This document shows, in pieces, positions 19,039 through 28,362 of a DNA stretch of 64,000 bases. The notes under the pieces are model-generated. The model saw only the letters and a list, made by a program, of their open reading frames with translations, searched no databases and was not told where the DNA came from. A program made the translations under genes and the position numbers. The stretch comes from Candidatus Babelota bacterium (GTDB taxonomy: Bacteria; Babelota; Babeliae; Babelales; GCA-2401785): NCBI GenBank assembly GCA_016871815.1, contig VHBT01000001.1, forward strand, positions 11,925 to 75,924, given 5' to 3'. Each line of letters starts with the position of its first letter. Position 1 is the stretch's first letter.

Positions 19039-19932
19039 GTGATTTTTAAATTTTTAAGCGAAAAACTAGTAAGAGACAAAACTGTTGAACGATATGAGTC
19101 GGAAAACGGTTCACTTTCGTACCGAATCCTAACCGAAAACGCTGATTTCGAACGTGAATTGTATAAAAAATTACTCGAAGAAGCCAAAGAAGTAATAACA
19201 GCAAAAGACTCCGATGAACTCATCTCGGAACTTGCAGATATTTACGACGTGCTCTCTGCAATAGCAACTCACAAACAAATATCTACAGAATCGATTGAAA
19301 AAGCCCGAAAAGAACGCCTTGAATTACGCGGCGGATTTTCAAAAAAAATCTACAGTCTTATTGGAACTATCCCAGAAACCTCAGCTTTTGCATCTTTTAT
19401 AAAAGCAAGTCCCGAAAAATATTTGCAAATCAAAGAATTTGCTCCTCAAAAAAAACTATCCACCGACTCGTCATCATATAAATATTTATTTGGACAATTA
19501 AAAACAGAACTTTTTGACGCCCTTGCTCGTCAATTGATCACCATTCAGCATATTGGTTCAACTAGCGTAAAAAATGCACCCGCTCAACCAGCAATAGATC
19601 TACTAGCCACAACAACATCTCTGCTCGATTTTGATATTAACGCAGAAAATCTCCTGCACCTAGGATGGATCAAACTCGGAGAACACGGAATCGAAAATAG
19701 ACGTCTTTTTGTAAAAACAGCTGCACACAACAACACTCCAATTGCATATCTTCATATTTTCGAAAAAGACAATCCTGTCGCGAAAAAATTTTATGCTACA
19801 ACAAAAAAGATTTTTGCCGACCAAAATCTTTTAGCTGAATTTACTCAAATCAGAGAAGATGCCTTAAACGCTCCTGAACTAACCGCAGACTCTTATGCAG
19901 CAGCGAAAAATCGTTTTTTCGAAAAAATGTAA
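19039..19932 (+). CDS. Fusion protein: MazG-like all-alpha NTP pyrophosphohydrolase domain + GrpB (UPF0157) nucleotidyltransferase-fold domain
   Basis: 297 aa with a GTG start. N-terminal KLVRDK...EE..E...E.ADI.DV pattern matches MazG-like house-cleaning proteins. C-terminal IQHIGSTSVKNAPAQPAIDLL is the typical GrpB motif. Confidence 0.65.
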   Translation: MIFKFLSEKLVRDKTVERYESENGSLSYRILTENADFERELYKKLLEEAKEVITAKDSDELISELADIYDVLSAIATHKQISTESIEKARKERLELRGGFSKKIYSLIGTIPETSAFASFIKASPEKYLQIKEFAPQKKLSTDSSSYKYLFGQLKTELFDALARQLITIQHIGSTSVKNAPAQPAIDLLATTTSLLDFDINAENLLHLGWIKLGEHGIENRRLFVKTAAHNNTPIAYLHIFEKDNPVAKKFYATTKKIFADQNLLAEFTQIREDALNAPELTADSYAAAKNRFFEKM

Positions 19933-19940
19933 ATAAAAAA

Positions 19941-19957
19941 GGCCGCATTTCGCGGCC
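19941..19957 (-). terminator. Rho-independent terminator after yicC
   Basis: GGCCGC-GAAAT-GCGGCC hairpin on the - strand, followed by TTTTTTATTT. Lies between convergent genes. Confidence 0.65.
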
Positions 19958-19977
19958 CTGCAAAATATAACTGCGAT

Positions 19978-20895
19978 TTAAACAACATTCTGAATTTGTT
20001 CACGCATTTTATCTAGCTCGCACTTAATATCGATACCAGCTGAACTAATAGCAGCTACTACAGATTTTGCCATCATCGTATTTACTTCACGATTAAGCTC
20101 TTGCAAGATAAATTCGAGTCGACGACCTTTTTCTTCTGACGAAGAATCAGAAATCAATTTTGAAAAAGAAGCACAATGTGTTTTAAACCTAACAATTTCT
20201 TCATGAATATCACCCTTGTGTACAACCGAAAAAAGCTCATCCAATTTCAATTTTAAACCAGGATCTTGCATAACTTTTTCTTGATCGGAACACAATTCTT
20301 TTTGCACTGCAAGCTCTTTTTTCTTCTGCTCAAAAAAAGACGCAAACGATTCTTCAATTATTCCTAACCGATGAATACAAATCTTTGCGCGCTCTTGCAA
20401 ATCCAAAAACAACGCATGCCCTTCTCGTCTTCGCGAAACCTGCAGCTCATTACAAACATTTTTAAACGCATCAAAAAATGCTTCCTCCTGAGCCTCTGAC
20501 ATTTCTAATGCCGTAGGAACAAACGCACCTGGAGCAGTCAAAACTTGGGCAACCGAGAGATCATTTTGTAATCCATAGCGCTGGGCAGACTCTTGCGCAA
20601 AAGCAACATACCCTTTTATAACGTCATGAACCGGCTGATACGACTCGAGTATTTCTTGTGATTTTGCCGATTTTATAGAGCAAAAAACACGTCCACGAAT
20701 AAGTTGCTTTTTAAGCAACGAATTAAGTTCAAGCTCGAATCGAGCAACAGAGGACGGCACGCGAAACGATGCCTCAAAATAGCGTGAATTAAGGCTTTTA
20801 AGCTCAATCAGAAGATCAATTCTTTTTTCAGTTTGTGCATCTGTGAATGAAATTTCACATGTACGAGTTGCAAAACCTGTCATACTTTCGATCAT
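19978..20895 (-). CDS. yicC: YicC family protein
   Basis: 305 aa. N-terminal MIESMTGFA and C-terminal RLEFILQELNREVNTMMAKS match the YicC N- and C-terminal signatures. Confidence 0.85.
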   Translation of the reverse strand: MIESMTGFATRTCEISFTDAQTEKRIDLLIELKSLNSRYFEASFRVPSSVARFELELNSLLKKQLIRGRVFCSIKSAKSQEILESYQPVHDVIKGYVAFAQESAQRYGLQNDLSVAQVLTAPGAFVPTALEMSEAQEEAFFDAFKNVCNELQVSRRREGHALFLDLQERAKICIHRLGIIEESFASFFEQKKKELAVQKELCSDQEKVMQDPGLKLKLDELFSVVHKGDIHEEIVRFKTHCASFSKLISDSSSEEKGRRLEFILQELNREVNTMMAKSVVAAISSAGIDIKCELDKMREQIQNVV

Positions 20896-20910
20896 ATCAT
20901 TAGCCCTTTT

Positions 20911-21630
20911 TTAGCCCAGGTTATCAAATACCGCCTGAACGTCATCAATATCTTCAAGTCCATCAATAAAAGTTGCAACACCTTCTGCCTGCTCATCTGT
21001 TAACGATGAAGCAACATCTTTCGCCTTCCAGATCATTTCTGCAGAAAGCACCTTAAACCCTGCATTTTCGGCGGCATGCCTCACAGAATCAAGACTCGAA
21101 ACTGGCCCAAGAACCTTAAAACCATCTTCATCTTCAAAAACTTCATCAATATCGTATTCCATAAGCTTTTCTAAAAGCGCATCTTCTGTCGCTCCATCTT
21201 TTGCCACGGTTACTTGTCCCTTGTGTGCAAACATCCAAGAAACAGAGCCATCTGCCGCAAGACGTCCACCATGCTTATTAAAGTAATGTCTAACATCAGC
21301 AACCGTTCTATTTTTATTGTCACTCAATGTTTCAACAATCAAAGCTACGCCATTTGTTGCATAACCTTCATAGCGATGAAATTCATAATGCGCACCATCA
21401 ACCGCTCCAGTTCCACGCTTTATTGCACGATCAATATTATCTGCAGGCATATTTGCTGCCTTTGCTTTATCAATCAATAATCGAAGTCGCGGATTGAATG
21501 AAGGATCCCCTCCCCCGTCACGAGCAACGACAGAAATTTCTTTTCCCAGCCTAGTAAAAATTCTTCCGCGCTTTGAATCTAGGGCTGCTTTTTTACGCTT
21601 AATCGTTGCCCACTTAGAATGACCTGACAT
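20911..21630 (-). CDS. yebC: YebC/PmpR family DNA-binding regulator
   Basis: 239 aa. N-terminus MSGHSKWATIKRKKAALDSKRG is diagnostic. Confidence 0.93.
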   Translation of the reverse strand: MSGHSKWATIKRKKAALDSKRGRIFTRLGKEISVVARDGGGDPSFNPRLRLLIDKAKAANMPADNIDRAIKRGTGAVDGAHYEFHRYEGYATNGVALIVETLSDNKNRTVADVRHYFNKHGGRLAADGSVSWMFAHKGQVTVAKDGATEDALLEKLMEYDIDEVFEDEDGFKVLGPVSSLDSVRHAAENAGFKVLSAEMIWKAKDVASSLTDEQAEGVATFIDGLEDIDDVQAVFDNLG

Positions 21631-21763
21631 TTTTAAATCTCCCCTTGAATGCTTAGAAAACTATTTAAAAACATATCTATTTTTAAAAAAACTGTCTAAG
21701 CCAAAAATAATTTTTATAAAATGAGACCACTTCATGCAATCATCACATAAGGTTTTTTAATCT

Positions 21764-22678
21764 ATGAAAAAAACTCATCTGTATTTACTTCTTTTTTGCA
21801 CAACAACAACTCTTTTTGGTCAACCAAACGCTACTTCTTCTGATTCTAACACTGAAAAAGAAGCCTGGTATAAATTCGATTCAAAACGGGTTTTACAAAC
21901 ATTAATAATTAGTGCGCTCACCGTTTTTGGCGGCTGCGCATTAAAAACCATGCGAAATCGCTGCACAGCTCGAAGAATAAGAAAAAAAGTCAACCAAATG
22001 AATATCCCAAGAATACTCAATTACTTAAAAGAAAAATCAAAAGCTTATATAAAACAATCTTTGCATTCAGAAGCTGAATTTAGAGAACTTGGAGACACCA
22101 GCGATTCATCATCATGTGCTGGAAAATATGTTATCGCTCAAGGTTCTAAAGCTCTTGGACTACTCGGGCTGGACGCCGCAACAATTGATACCTTAAAACA
22201 ATCTCGTGGCGTTATTTTACTTGCAACATTCAGCAGACATCCAAGTCATTATGCATCATGCAGCAACGATGAAATTGATGTAAATTCGCTGAGTGAAATA
22301 TTAAAAATGCTTTGCGACAACCACATACCGCACGTAACAATCAACCTAGTCGAGGCCGCTGTTTTAGTTGGTCCTGGAAATTGTAGTGGCAAGGCAATAA
22401 TCCCACAATTCTCTCTGGTAACCATGATTGTTCCTGGAACCTCTCCTGCTGAAAAATCTCTTCTTCAGGTCACTCGATCATACAGCGCAAAAGCGCTCGA
22501 GCCAGAAATTGATAAAATAATTTCCTACAAAGTAAGTCGCTGGATCTTAGAAACAACCAGTCATCATGAATCAAAAACAATAGATCAGACCTACAACCAA
22601 ACACAGTGCCAGCATCAACGAAGAAAACTTATTTCACTTCTTCCCTTTTCAGACACAACAACCATCAACTTCACGTAA
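21764..22678 (+). CDS. Hypothetical exported/membrane protein
   Basis: 304-aa ORF. Signal-like N-terminus (LYLLLFCTTTTLFGQP) and one internal hydrophobic helix. No family recognised. Confidence 0.5.
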   Translation: MKKTHLYLLLFCTTTTLFGQPNATSSDSNTEKEAWYKFDSKRVLQTLIISALTVFGGCALKTMRNRCTARRIRKKVNQMNIPRILNYLKEKSKAYIKQSLHSEAEFRELGDTSDSSSCAGKYVIAQGSKALGLLGLDAATIDTLKQSRGVILLATFSRHPSHYASCSNDEIDVNSLSEILKMLCDNHIPHVTINLVEAAVLVGPGNCSGKAIIPQFSLVTMIVPGTSPAEKSLLQVTRSYSAKALEPEIDKIISYKVSRWILETTSHHESKTIDQTYNQTQCQHQRRKLISLLPFSDTTTINFT

Positions 22679-22680
22679 AT

Positions 22681-25239
22681 CTATAAAATTTCATTTTTTA
22701 GTTGATACAACACGTCAAGAGCCTGGCGAGCAGAAAGTCCTTCAATATCAAGGTCTTTAATAAATTTTCTGCACGGATCCTCTTGAATTTTCAATTCAGA
22801 AGTCAGTTTTTCTGCTCCATAAAAAGCATTTGTCGCTTGATTTTGAGTATGAGCAACCTTCAAAAAAGCTCGCGCATCGTCAACAATTTTTTTAGGAATT
22901 CCTGCCTGGCGAGCGATCTCAACACCAAGGCTTTCTCTTGTTGCTTGTGGAATAATTTTATGCAAAAAAACAACCCCATGTGCCGTTGCTCGACACTGCA
23001 TGGAATAATTTTTTATGACACTAAACTCATCTGCCAATGAACACAATTCATGATAATGCGTTGCAAAGAGGCCAGAAACTTTAAGCTCTTGAGTTAGATA
23101 AATTAAAATCGCATGAGCGAGTGCCATACCATCATACGTGCTCGTGCCTCGACCAACTTCATCCAAAATCACTAAGCTTTTTTCTGTTGCTTGCTGACAA
23201 ATAATCGCCGTCTCTTCCATTTCAACAAAAAACGTACTCTTGCCACCAGCCAAATCATCACCAGAGCCGATACGCGTAAATACACGATCAAGAATACTAA
23301 TATTTGCATGCGCAGCAGGAACAAAAGACCCAACGTGCGCAAGAATAGAAATCAATGCAACTTGACGAAGATAAGTCGATTTACCACCCATGTTTGGACC
23401 AGTGACAATATGCATCAACGAATCAGAAGCTAACCGCGTATCATTTGGTACAAACATACTGTGAATAACAGATTCAACCACCGGATGACGACCGCCAACA
23501 ATTTCAATAAGGCCGTGTTCGTTTATCTCTGGCCGTGAATATCGACGATCAAACGCAAGCTGCGCAAAGCCAATCAAAACATCTAACACTGCAACTGCTT
23601 GCGCAGAAATGCGCAACGCAGAAATATGTGGCACAACCTCTGAAATTACTCGTTGATAAACGGCAAGTTCAACCTCTGCTGTACGCTGTCGCGCATCTAA
23701 AATCTCACTTTCAAGCTCTTTAAGCTCAGTGGTCACATATCTGGTTCGATTCGAAAGTGTTTGTTGCGGAATAAAATCTGCAGGAACCTGTCCATAATTT
23801 GCCTTGGTAATTTCGATCCCAAATCCAAAAACATCGGTATATCGAATTTTTAAGCTGCCAATTCCTGTTCGTTCAATCTCACGATTTTCAAGCTTTAAAA
23901 TTTCATTGTTACCATTTTCTGCTCGGTGTTTAAGCTGATCCAATTCAAAGTCAAACCCTGGTTTTATAAGCGACGCTGCTCCTAATTCTTCACTCAAGCT
24001 CGCTTCTAAATAAGACAAAAACGCATCATTAACATACAATTGCGAATGTAACTGCTGAACCATCTCAACAGCACATGCAACAGGAAACAAGAGCGTAGAA
24101 ATACGTGGCGATACCTGCAAAAACTTTTTTATACCCAAAAAATCAGATTTTGTAGCTCGCCCCATAACCACGCGCGAAACAATACGCTCAAGATCGGATA
24201 GCTCTTGCAGCAGCTGACTCGCTTCATACAACAAAGAAGGGTTATCCAAGAAAGCTTGTACAACTTGCTGGCGTTGAACAATTTGCTTTTTATTCACCAG
24301 GGGACGCACTAACCATTTTTTAAGCAAGCGAGCTCCCATGGGTGTTTTTGTTCTATCAACAACCGAAAGCAACGTTGCGTCATTGCCTCCGCGTTGCGCA
24401 TTAACCAATAAATCTAAATTTTTTTGCGTTGGGGCATCAAGCATCAAATAATCTGTGTTTTGGTAAAAATGAACTTGCCGAAGAGCATCAAAAGCTACTG
24501 GATTATTTTTGTTCAAATACCTGACCAAGACATCAAGAGCGTCAAATAAAACTCGTTTTTTAAAAAATTCTTGTGAGGTTTCTGGTCCAAATGTCTTTCC
24601 GCACCATTCATCAGAACATCCCAAAGAAAAAATGTCTTCATCGATATGATGAGCGATATATCCATTTTTCTTGAAAGACTTCTGCAGATGAATTGCTGAA
24701 TCACTTTTTTTTACAATCACTTCATCGGGAAAGAACTTTGTTAACTCAGCGTCGATCGATCGCTCATCGCCCGAAGAAAGAGTTGTTGCAAACAGCTGCC
24801 CCGTTGCAAGCTCTGCAAAAATCATTCCTACCAAATCGCCGCGCTGCGCACACGAAAGCAAGTAAGAAGAATTTTTGTCATCAAGCAATCCTTCATCAAC
24901 CAATGTTCCAGGAGTCAAAACCCGAGTAACCGCACGCTTAACAACCTGACCGGGAACAGGCTTTGTTACCTGATCGCAAATTGCAACCGAAAATCCAGCT
25001 TTAACCAATTTTGCAACATAATGAGACAGTACATGAACGGGAATTCCACACAGCGGAATATCTTCACCCTGATATTTACCACGTTTGGTAAGCGTAAGCG
25101 CCAATGTTGACGAAACAATACGCGCGTCATCAAAAAAAAGCTCGTAAAAGTCCCCAACCTGAAACAACAACAAAGCATGCGGATGCTCTTTGCGAATCGC
25201 AAAATACTGGGACATTAATGGCGTAACTTCGCTAGACAT
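22681..25239 (-). CDS. mutS: DNA mismatch repair protein MutS
   Basis: 852 aa. N-terminal TPLMSQY...FYELF mismatch-binding region, Walker A GPNMGGKST, DEVGRGTST, THYHEL. Confidence 0.97.
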   Translation of the reverse strand: MSSEVTPLMSQYFAIRKEHPHALLLFQVGDFYELFFDDARIVSSTLALTLTKRGKYQGEDIPLCGIPVHVLSHYVAKLVKAGFSVAICDQVTKPVPGQVVKRAVTRVLTPGTLVDEGLLDDKNSSYLLSCAQRGDLVGMIFAELATGQLFATTLSSGDERSIDAELTKFFPDEVIVKKSDSAIHLQKSFKKNGYIAHHIDEDIFSLGCSDEWCGKTFGPETSQEFFKKRVLFDALDVLVRYLNKNNPVAFDALRQVHFYQNTDYLMLDAPTQKNLDLLVNAQRGGNDATLLSVVDRTKTPMGARLLKKWLVRPLVNKKQIVQRQQVVQAFLDNPSLLYEASQLLQELSDLERIVSRVVMGRATKSDFLGIKKFLQVSPRISTLLFPVACAVEMVQQLHSQLYVNDAFLSYLEASLSEELGAASLIKPGFDFELDQLKHRAENGNNEILKLENREIERTGIGSLKIRYTDVFGFGIEITKANYGQVPADFIPQQTLSNRTRYVTTELKELESEILDARQRTAEVELAVYQRVISEVVPHISALRISAQAVAVLDVLIGFAQLAFDRRYSRPEINEHGLIEIVGGRHPVVESVIHSMFVPNDTRLASDSLMHIVTGPNMGGKSTYLRQVALISILAHVGSFVPAAHANISILDRVFTRIGSGDDLAGGKSTFFVEMEETAIICQQATEKSLVILDEVGRGTSTYDGMALAHAILIYLTQELKVSGLFATHYHELCSLADEFSVIKNYSMQCRATAHGVVFLHKIIPQATRESLGVEIARQAGIPKKIVDDARAFLKVAHTQNQATNAFYGAEKLTSELKIQEDPCRKFIKDLDIEGLSARQALDVLYQLKNEIL

Positions 25240-25314
25240 ATACCGTGAAAATGGGTTGTATTAATTTTTTGCATATCAACCAGGATACAAAGCCCTCAGC
25301 ACACGTCAAATTAA

Positions 25315-25367
25315 TAATCAAAACTCAATCTTCAAGAAACGGCTTACTTGATTGATATAACTAATTA
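25315..25367. repeat. 53-bp direct repeat, copy A (3'-end remnant of a paralog of gene 27366-28352)
   Basis: Matches 27357-27409 at 51 of 53 positions (differences at 25338 and 25362). On the - strand it encodes LYQSSKPFLED-stop preceded by TAG. Homology stops abruptly at 25367. Confidence 0.85.
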
Positions 25368-25536
25368 ACCCTAAAAATTCATCTCCGCGGCCTAAAGTTA
25401 CAGAGAGAATAGAAAAAAAAGAATTTTGTATGTATTTTTACGTTTTTAGCCCAAACCTACAGCCATAAAACACTTTTTTGAGAACAAAGTATGATAAAAA
25501 GGTATACAAGATTTTTTATATCAAAAATGGATTTAT

Positions 25537-26364
25537 ATGAAACTTTTAGCTTTTTTTACCTTTTTATAAGCAGCTCTGGGAATTACAGCTGGCCAAGATG
25601 CCCATGAATGGACATTTGTTCAACCTAGCAACAATTTATCAGGATGGTACGAAAAACACTCTGAAAGCGGTTCGATTGCGTTTGCCGAAAAAAATCGCCT
25701 TGAAAATTCTTCCGTCAAACAAGTCATAATCAAGCCAGGAAACACCAACACCCAAGCAACGACAAATATTACAATTGATTTTTCTACTCCGGAAAAAGAA
25801 TTTTTCACGAAAGAACATTTTGTAAATGATGAAAACCCAACTCTAAGATTTGATCTTTCAGAAAAAATAATTAACGAACTTCCATCTGGAGAATTGTTTG
25901 GGTTTTTTGAATCAAAAATTAAATACATCCTATCACAAGGCTCTGACGAAACTATTACCCTTTTGATTAAAACCTTTGATAAAACATACTCTCTTTCAAT
26001 CACCCTTACCATCGATGAAAAAGATGGCCTAATAGTTGCAAAAATAACAGCTCCTCAAGATTTTATGGAATCTGAATATTCATATCTTATCTATGCCATT
26101 ACATCCCATTTATTCCAAGTAAATAAAAAACCTCTTCTTAGATTTGCAACCGCAGGAATAGCATTTTTTCATGGAATTATGGGATCTTTTATGATGAAGT
26201 ACCAGCTTAAAAAAACTACAATAAGTAGATTATTTATGATGGTTACGATGGCATTTGGGTGTTATGTTGGGTCAGAGTTTTATTCAGGAATATTTCCTAA
26301 GCTCGAAGACTGTGATTCAGACGAAAATATCATCACTCCAAACGTACCTGAAGCTTTTATTTAA
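25537..26364 (+). pseudogene. Nonsense-disrupted paralog of the 328-aa exported protein (27366-28352)
   Basis: ATG 25537 opens MKLLAFFTFL. TAA at 25567-25569 is in frame, and the frame then continues without further stops to 26364. The downstream translation aligns with the 328-aa protein (SGWYEKHSESGSIAFAEKNR vs AGWYEKDLPHGGKAFAERHR; YSYLIYAITSHLFQVNKK vs YSHIIYGLTSMLFEIEKN). The track only calls the TTG-initiated tail, 25894-26364. Confidence 0.7.
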
Positions 26365-26441
26365 ACTAACTTGATGTAGACCTTAATCAAATAAAAGAAT
26401 ACATTTTAATTAATGTTTTTAGTAAAAAAAAAGCTTTAATT

Positions 26442-27341
26442 ATGTCCAAATTAACAAAAGTTGCTCTATTTGCAGTTATTCTCTTCTTGCTTACTCCGGC
26501 CTTCTGTCCTCGAGAGCTTATTATTGAAGGCAAAGATAAATCAGAAAATCTAACCACAAATCTTTGGACTCCCCAAGATTTTACAGACAGTGACATCGGA
26601 GAAATCGAAGAACTTGAATGGATGCAAGAAATAACAAACAAAGATCTTGAACGTATTCATACCTCACTCAAAAAAATCTGGAGCGAGGTATCGACAACGT
26701 CTTTATCAATTCAAAAAGATGAAAGTTCGCCAAGAATTGACGTTTTACCAGTATTTTTGAAAAATGCGATATCTCCCATCTGTTCAAATATCTCCACACC
26801 AATTTCTGCCGAAGAGCTGTTAATTCTTGTAAAAAAAACATTCGATTCAATTGATGCTCTCGAAAAAAGCGATTTGTTAAAGCCCTTCTACTTAACTCAA
26901 AAATCAAATTTATTCAGCTTATCGTCTTCTCATCACATAACAAAAGCTTTAATGCCTTCTGGATTATCAGAAGGCTTATCAGAACGGTATGTTACTGCTG
27001 CTTGTGAGTATTTTTGCAATTCGTACAAACCCTCTGTTGCCCTTTCCTGCGCAACAAATCTTTTAAAAATATTTCAAATTCTTTTATTTTTTTCAATCGC
27101 TCAAAATGGTTTTTCCAAGATCCACAAAGAAATTTCCCTAAATATATTAAAATTTCATTTATCATATTTAACAAACGAAATGTATATCACCCTTCTGGTC
27201 CATTTAACAAAAACTGAATTCGAACTAATGTTAAAATTAAATTACTCCGAAATAAAAGACGTCACAAAGAAGATAGAATTTAACAAAACAGTAATACGGT
27301 TCATCATCGAAGACTACTTGAAAAAAGCACATTTTTCGTAA
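26442..27341 (+). CDS. Hypothetical exported protein
   Basis: 299-aa ORF. Signal-like N-terminus (VALFAVILFLLTPAFC). No family recognised. Confidence 0.55.
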   Translation: MSKLTKVALFAVILFLLTPAFCPRELIIEGKDKSENLTTNLWTPQDFTDSDIGEIEELEWMQEITNKDLERIHTSLKKIWSEVSTTSLSIQKDESSPRIDVLPVFLKNAISPICSNISTPISAEELLILVKKTFDSIDALEKSDLLKPFYLTQKSNLFSLSSSHHITKALMPSGLSEGLSERYVTAACEYFCNSYKPSVALSCATNLLKIFQILLFFSIAQNGFSKIHKEISLNILKFHLSYLTNEMYITLLVHLTKTEFELMLKLNYSEIKDVTKKIEFNKTVIRFIIEDYLKKAHFS

Positions 27342-27356
27342 TTTATTTGTTTTTTA

Positions 27357-27409
27357 AATCAAAACTCAATCTTCAAGAAGCGGCTTACTTGATTGATATA
27401 ACTGATTAA
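27357..27409. repeat. 53-bp direct repeat, copy B (authentic 3' end of gene 27366-28352 plus 9 nt downstream)
   Basis: See copy A. Covers the last 14 codons and the stop of the 328-aa gene. Confidence 0.85.
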
Positions 27410-28352
27410 GACCAAGCAAAGACCCCAAAAGACAAATCCCAGACGTCGCTGCAATAATTTGATTTATTTTAACATCATGACCATAGAACGGATTTTGAGG
27501 ATCTCCCGGCGCTCCAAGATGAACAAACCCAAGGTTCAAGCCGCCAGGACGCAACAACAATCGTAAAATCACCGAAAAAGAAGTTCCTAGCAGATAAATA
27601 CAACCCACAGCCCACAAATATCCCATTCTATTTTTTTCGATCTCAAACAACATTGAGGTTAATCCATAGATAATGTGTGAATACTTTTCGATAAACCCTT
27701 TTTCAACAGAAAGATTCACCACATACGCGCAATCAATAGCATCAAATTCACACGCACATCGTACAAAAAGTTCTTGACCTTCGATCGTTTTAACCAAAAG
27801 CGTGAATGATCCATCAAGATATAATTTATTCATTATTTTTACGGAAATCGGATGACTTCGCAGAGAATTCGGAAAAAACAAATGCAACTCATGAAGAAAC
27901 TTGTAGAAAGATCCCAATTGTTTGTTTTTTAACTTAGCCATTTGATGAATCAGTGTTGAATACATTGATTGTGCGTCTTCCCCCGCAGGGATAACACTCC
28001 CTTTTGTTGCACCAAGCGTTCTCAACACAGGATCTCCACACGGACAAAAAGTTTGTAGAAAAGTTTCGTTTGCATCATCATCAGACAAATCGATAATTGC
28101 ATCGGGCGTTTTGCCACTTGGTTCATAATCTTCCCGAAGAACAACTCGCTTAACAATACCTCCAAAAAACCTATGTCTTTCTGCAAACGCCTTTCCGCCA
28201 TGCGGTAAATCTTTCTCATACCAACCAGCACCAGTCGATTCGGGCCTTACAAGCTCAAATGTACTTGAAGATTCATCTGCCAAGGTAACATCTGGACCAG
28301 CACAAGAACCGGCGAACGATAAAAACGATACTAATAAAATAACAAAAAACAT
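27366..28352 (-). CDS. Hypothetical exported/membrane protein (local paralog family), 4th gene of ORFan operon
   Basis: 328 aa. Signal-like N-terminus (FFVILLVSFLSFAGSCAG) and C-terminal hydrophobic helices (LWAVGCIYLLGTSFSVILRLLL, IIAATSGICLLGSLLGL). Lies 10 nt downstream of the 1256-aa gene. Confidence 0.7.
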   Translation of the reverse strand: MFFVILLVSFLSFAGSCAGPDVTLADESSSTFELVRPESTGAGWYEKDLPHGGKAFAERHRFFGGIVKRVVLREDYEPSGKTPDAIIDLSDDDANETFLQTFCPCGDPVLRTLGATKGSVIPAGEDAQSMYSTLIHQMAKLKNKQLGSFYKFLHELHLFFPNSLRSHPISVKIMNKLYLDGSFTLLVKTIEGQELFVRCACEFDAIDCAYVVNLSVEKGFIEKYSHIIYGLTSMLFEIEKNRMGYLWAVGCIYLLGTSFSVILRLLLRPGGLNLGFVHLGAPGDPQNPFYGHDVKINQIIAATSGICLLGSLLGLNQLYQSSKPLLED

Positions 28353-28362
28353 TTTTCTCTCC

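Noticed and set aside
25567-25569. In-frame TAA as evidence of stop-codon reassignment
   Set aside because: TAA terminates ftsZ and other conserved genes at their expected ends. TAG (mutS) and TGA (ligase and the 328-aa gene) also act as stops. The standard code therefore applies.
25620-26012. 130-aa minus-strand ORF in the mutS-proximal region
   Set aside because: It lies antisense to the plus-strand frame, which shows clear homology to the 328-aa paralog. The plus-strand pseudogene explains this interval better.
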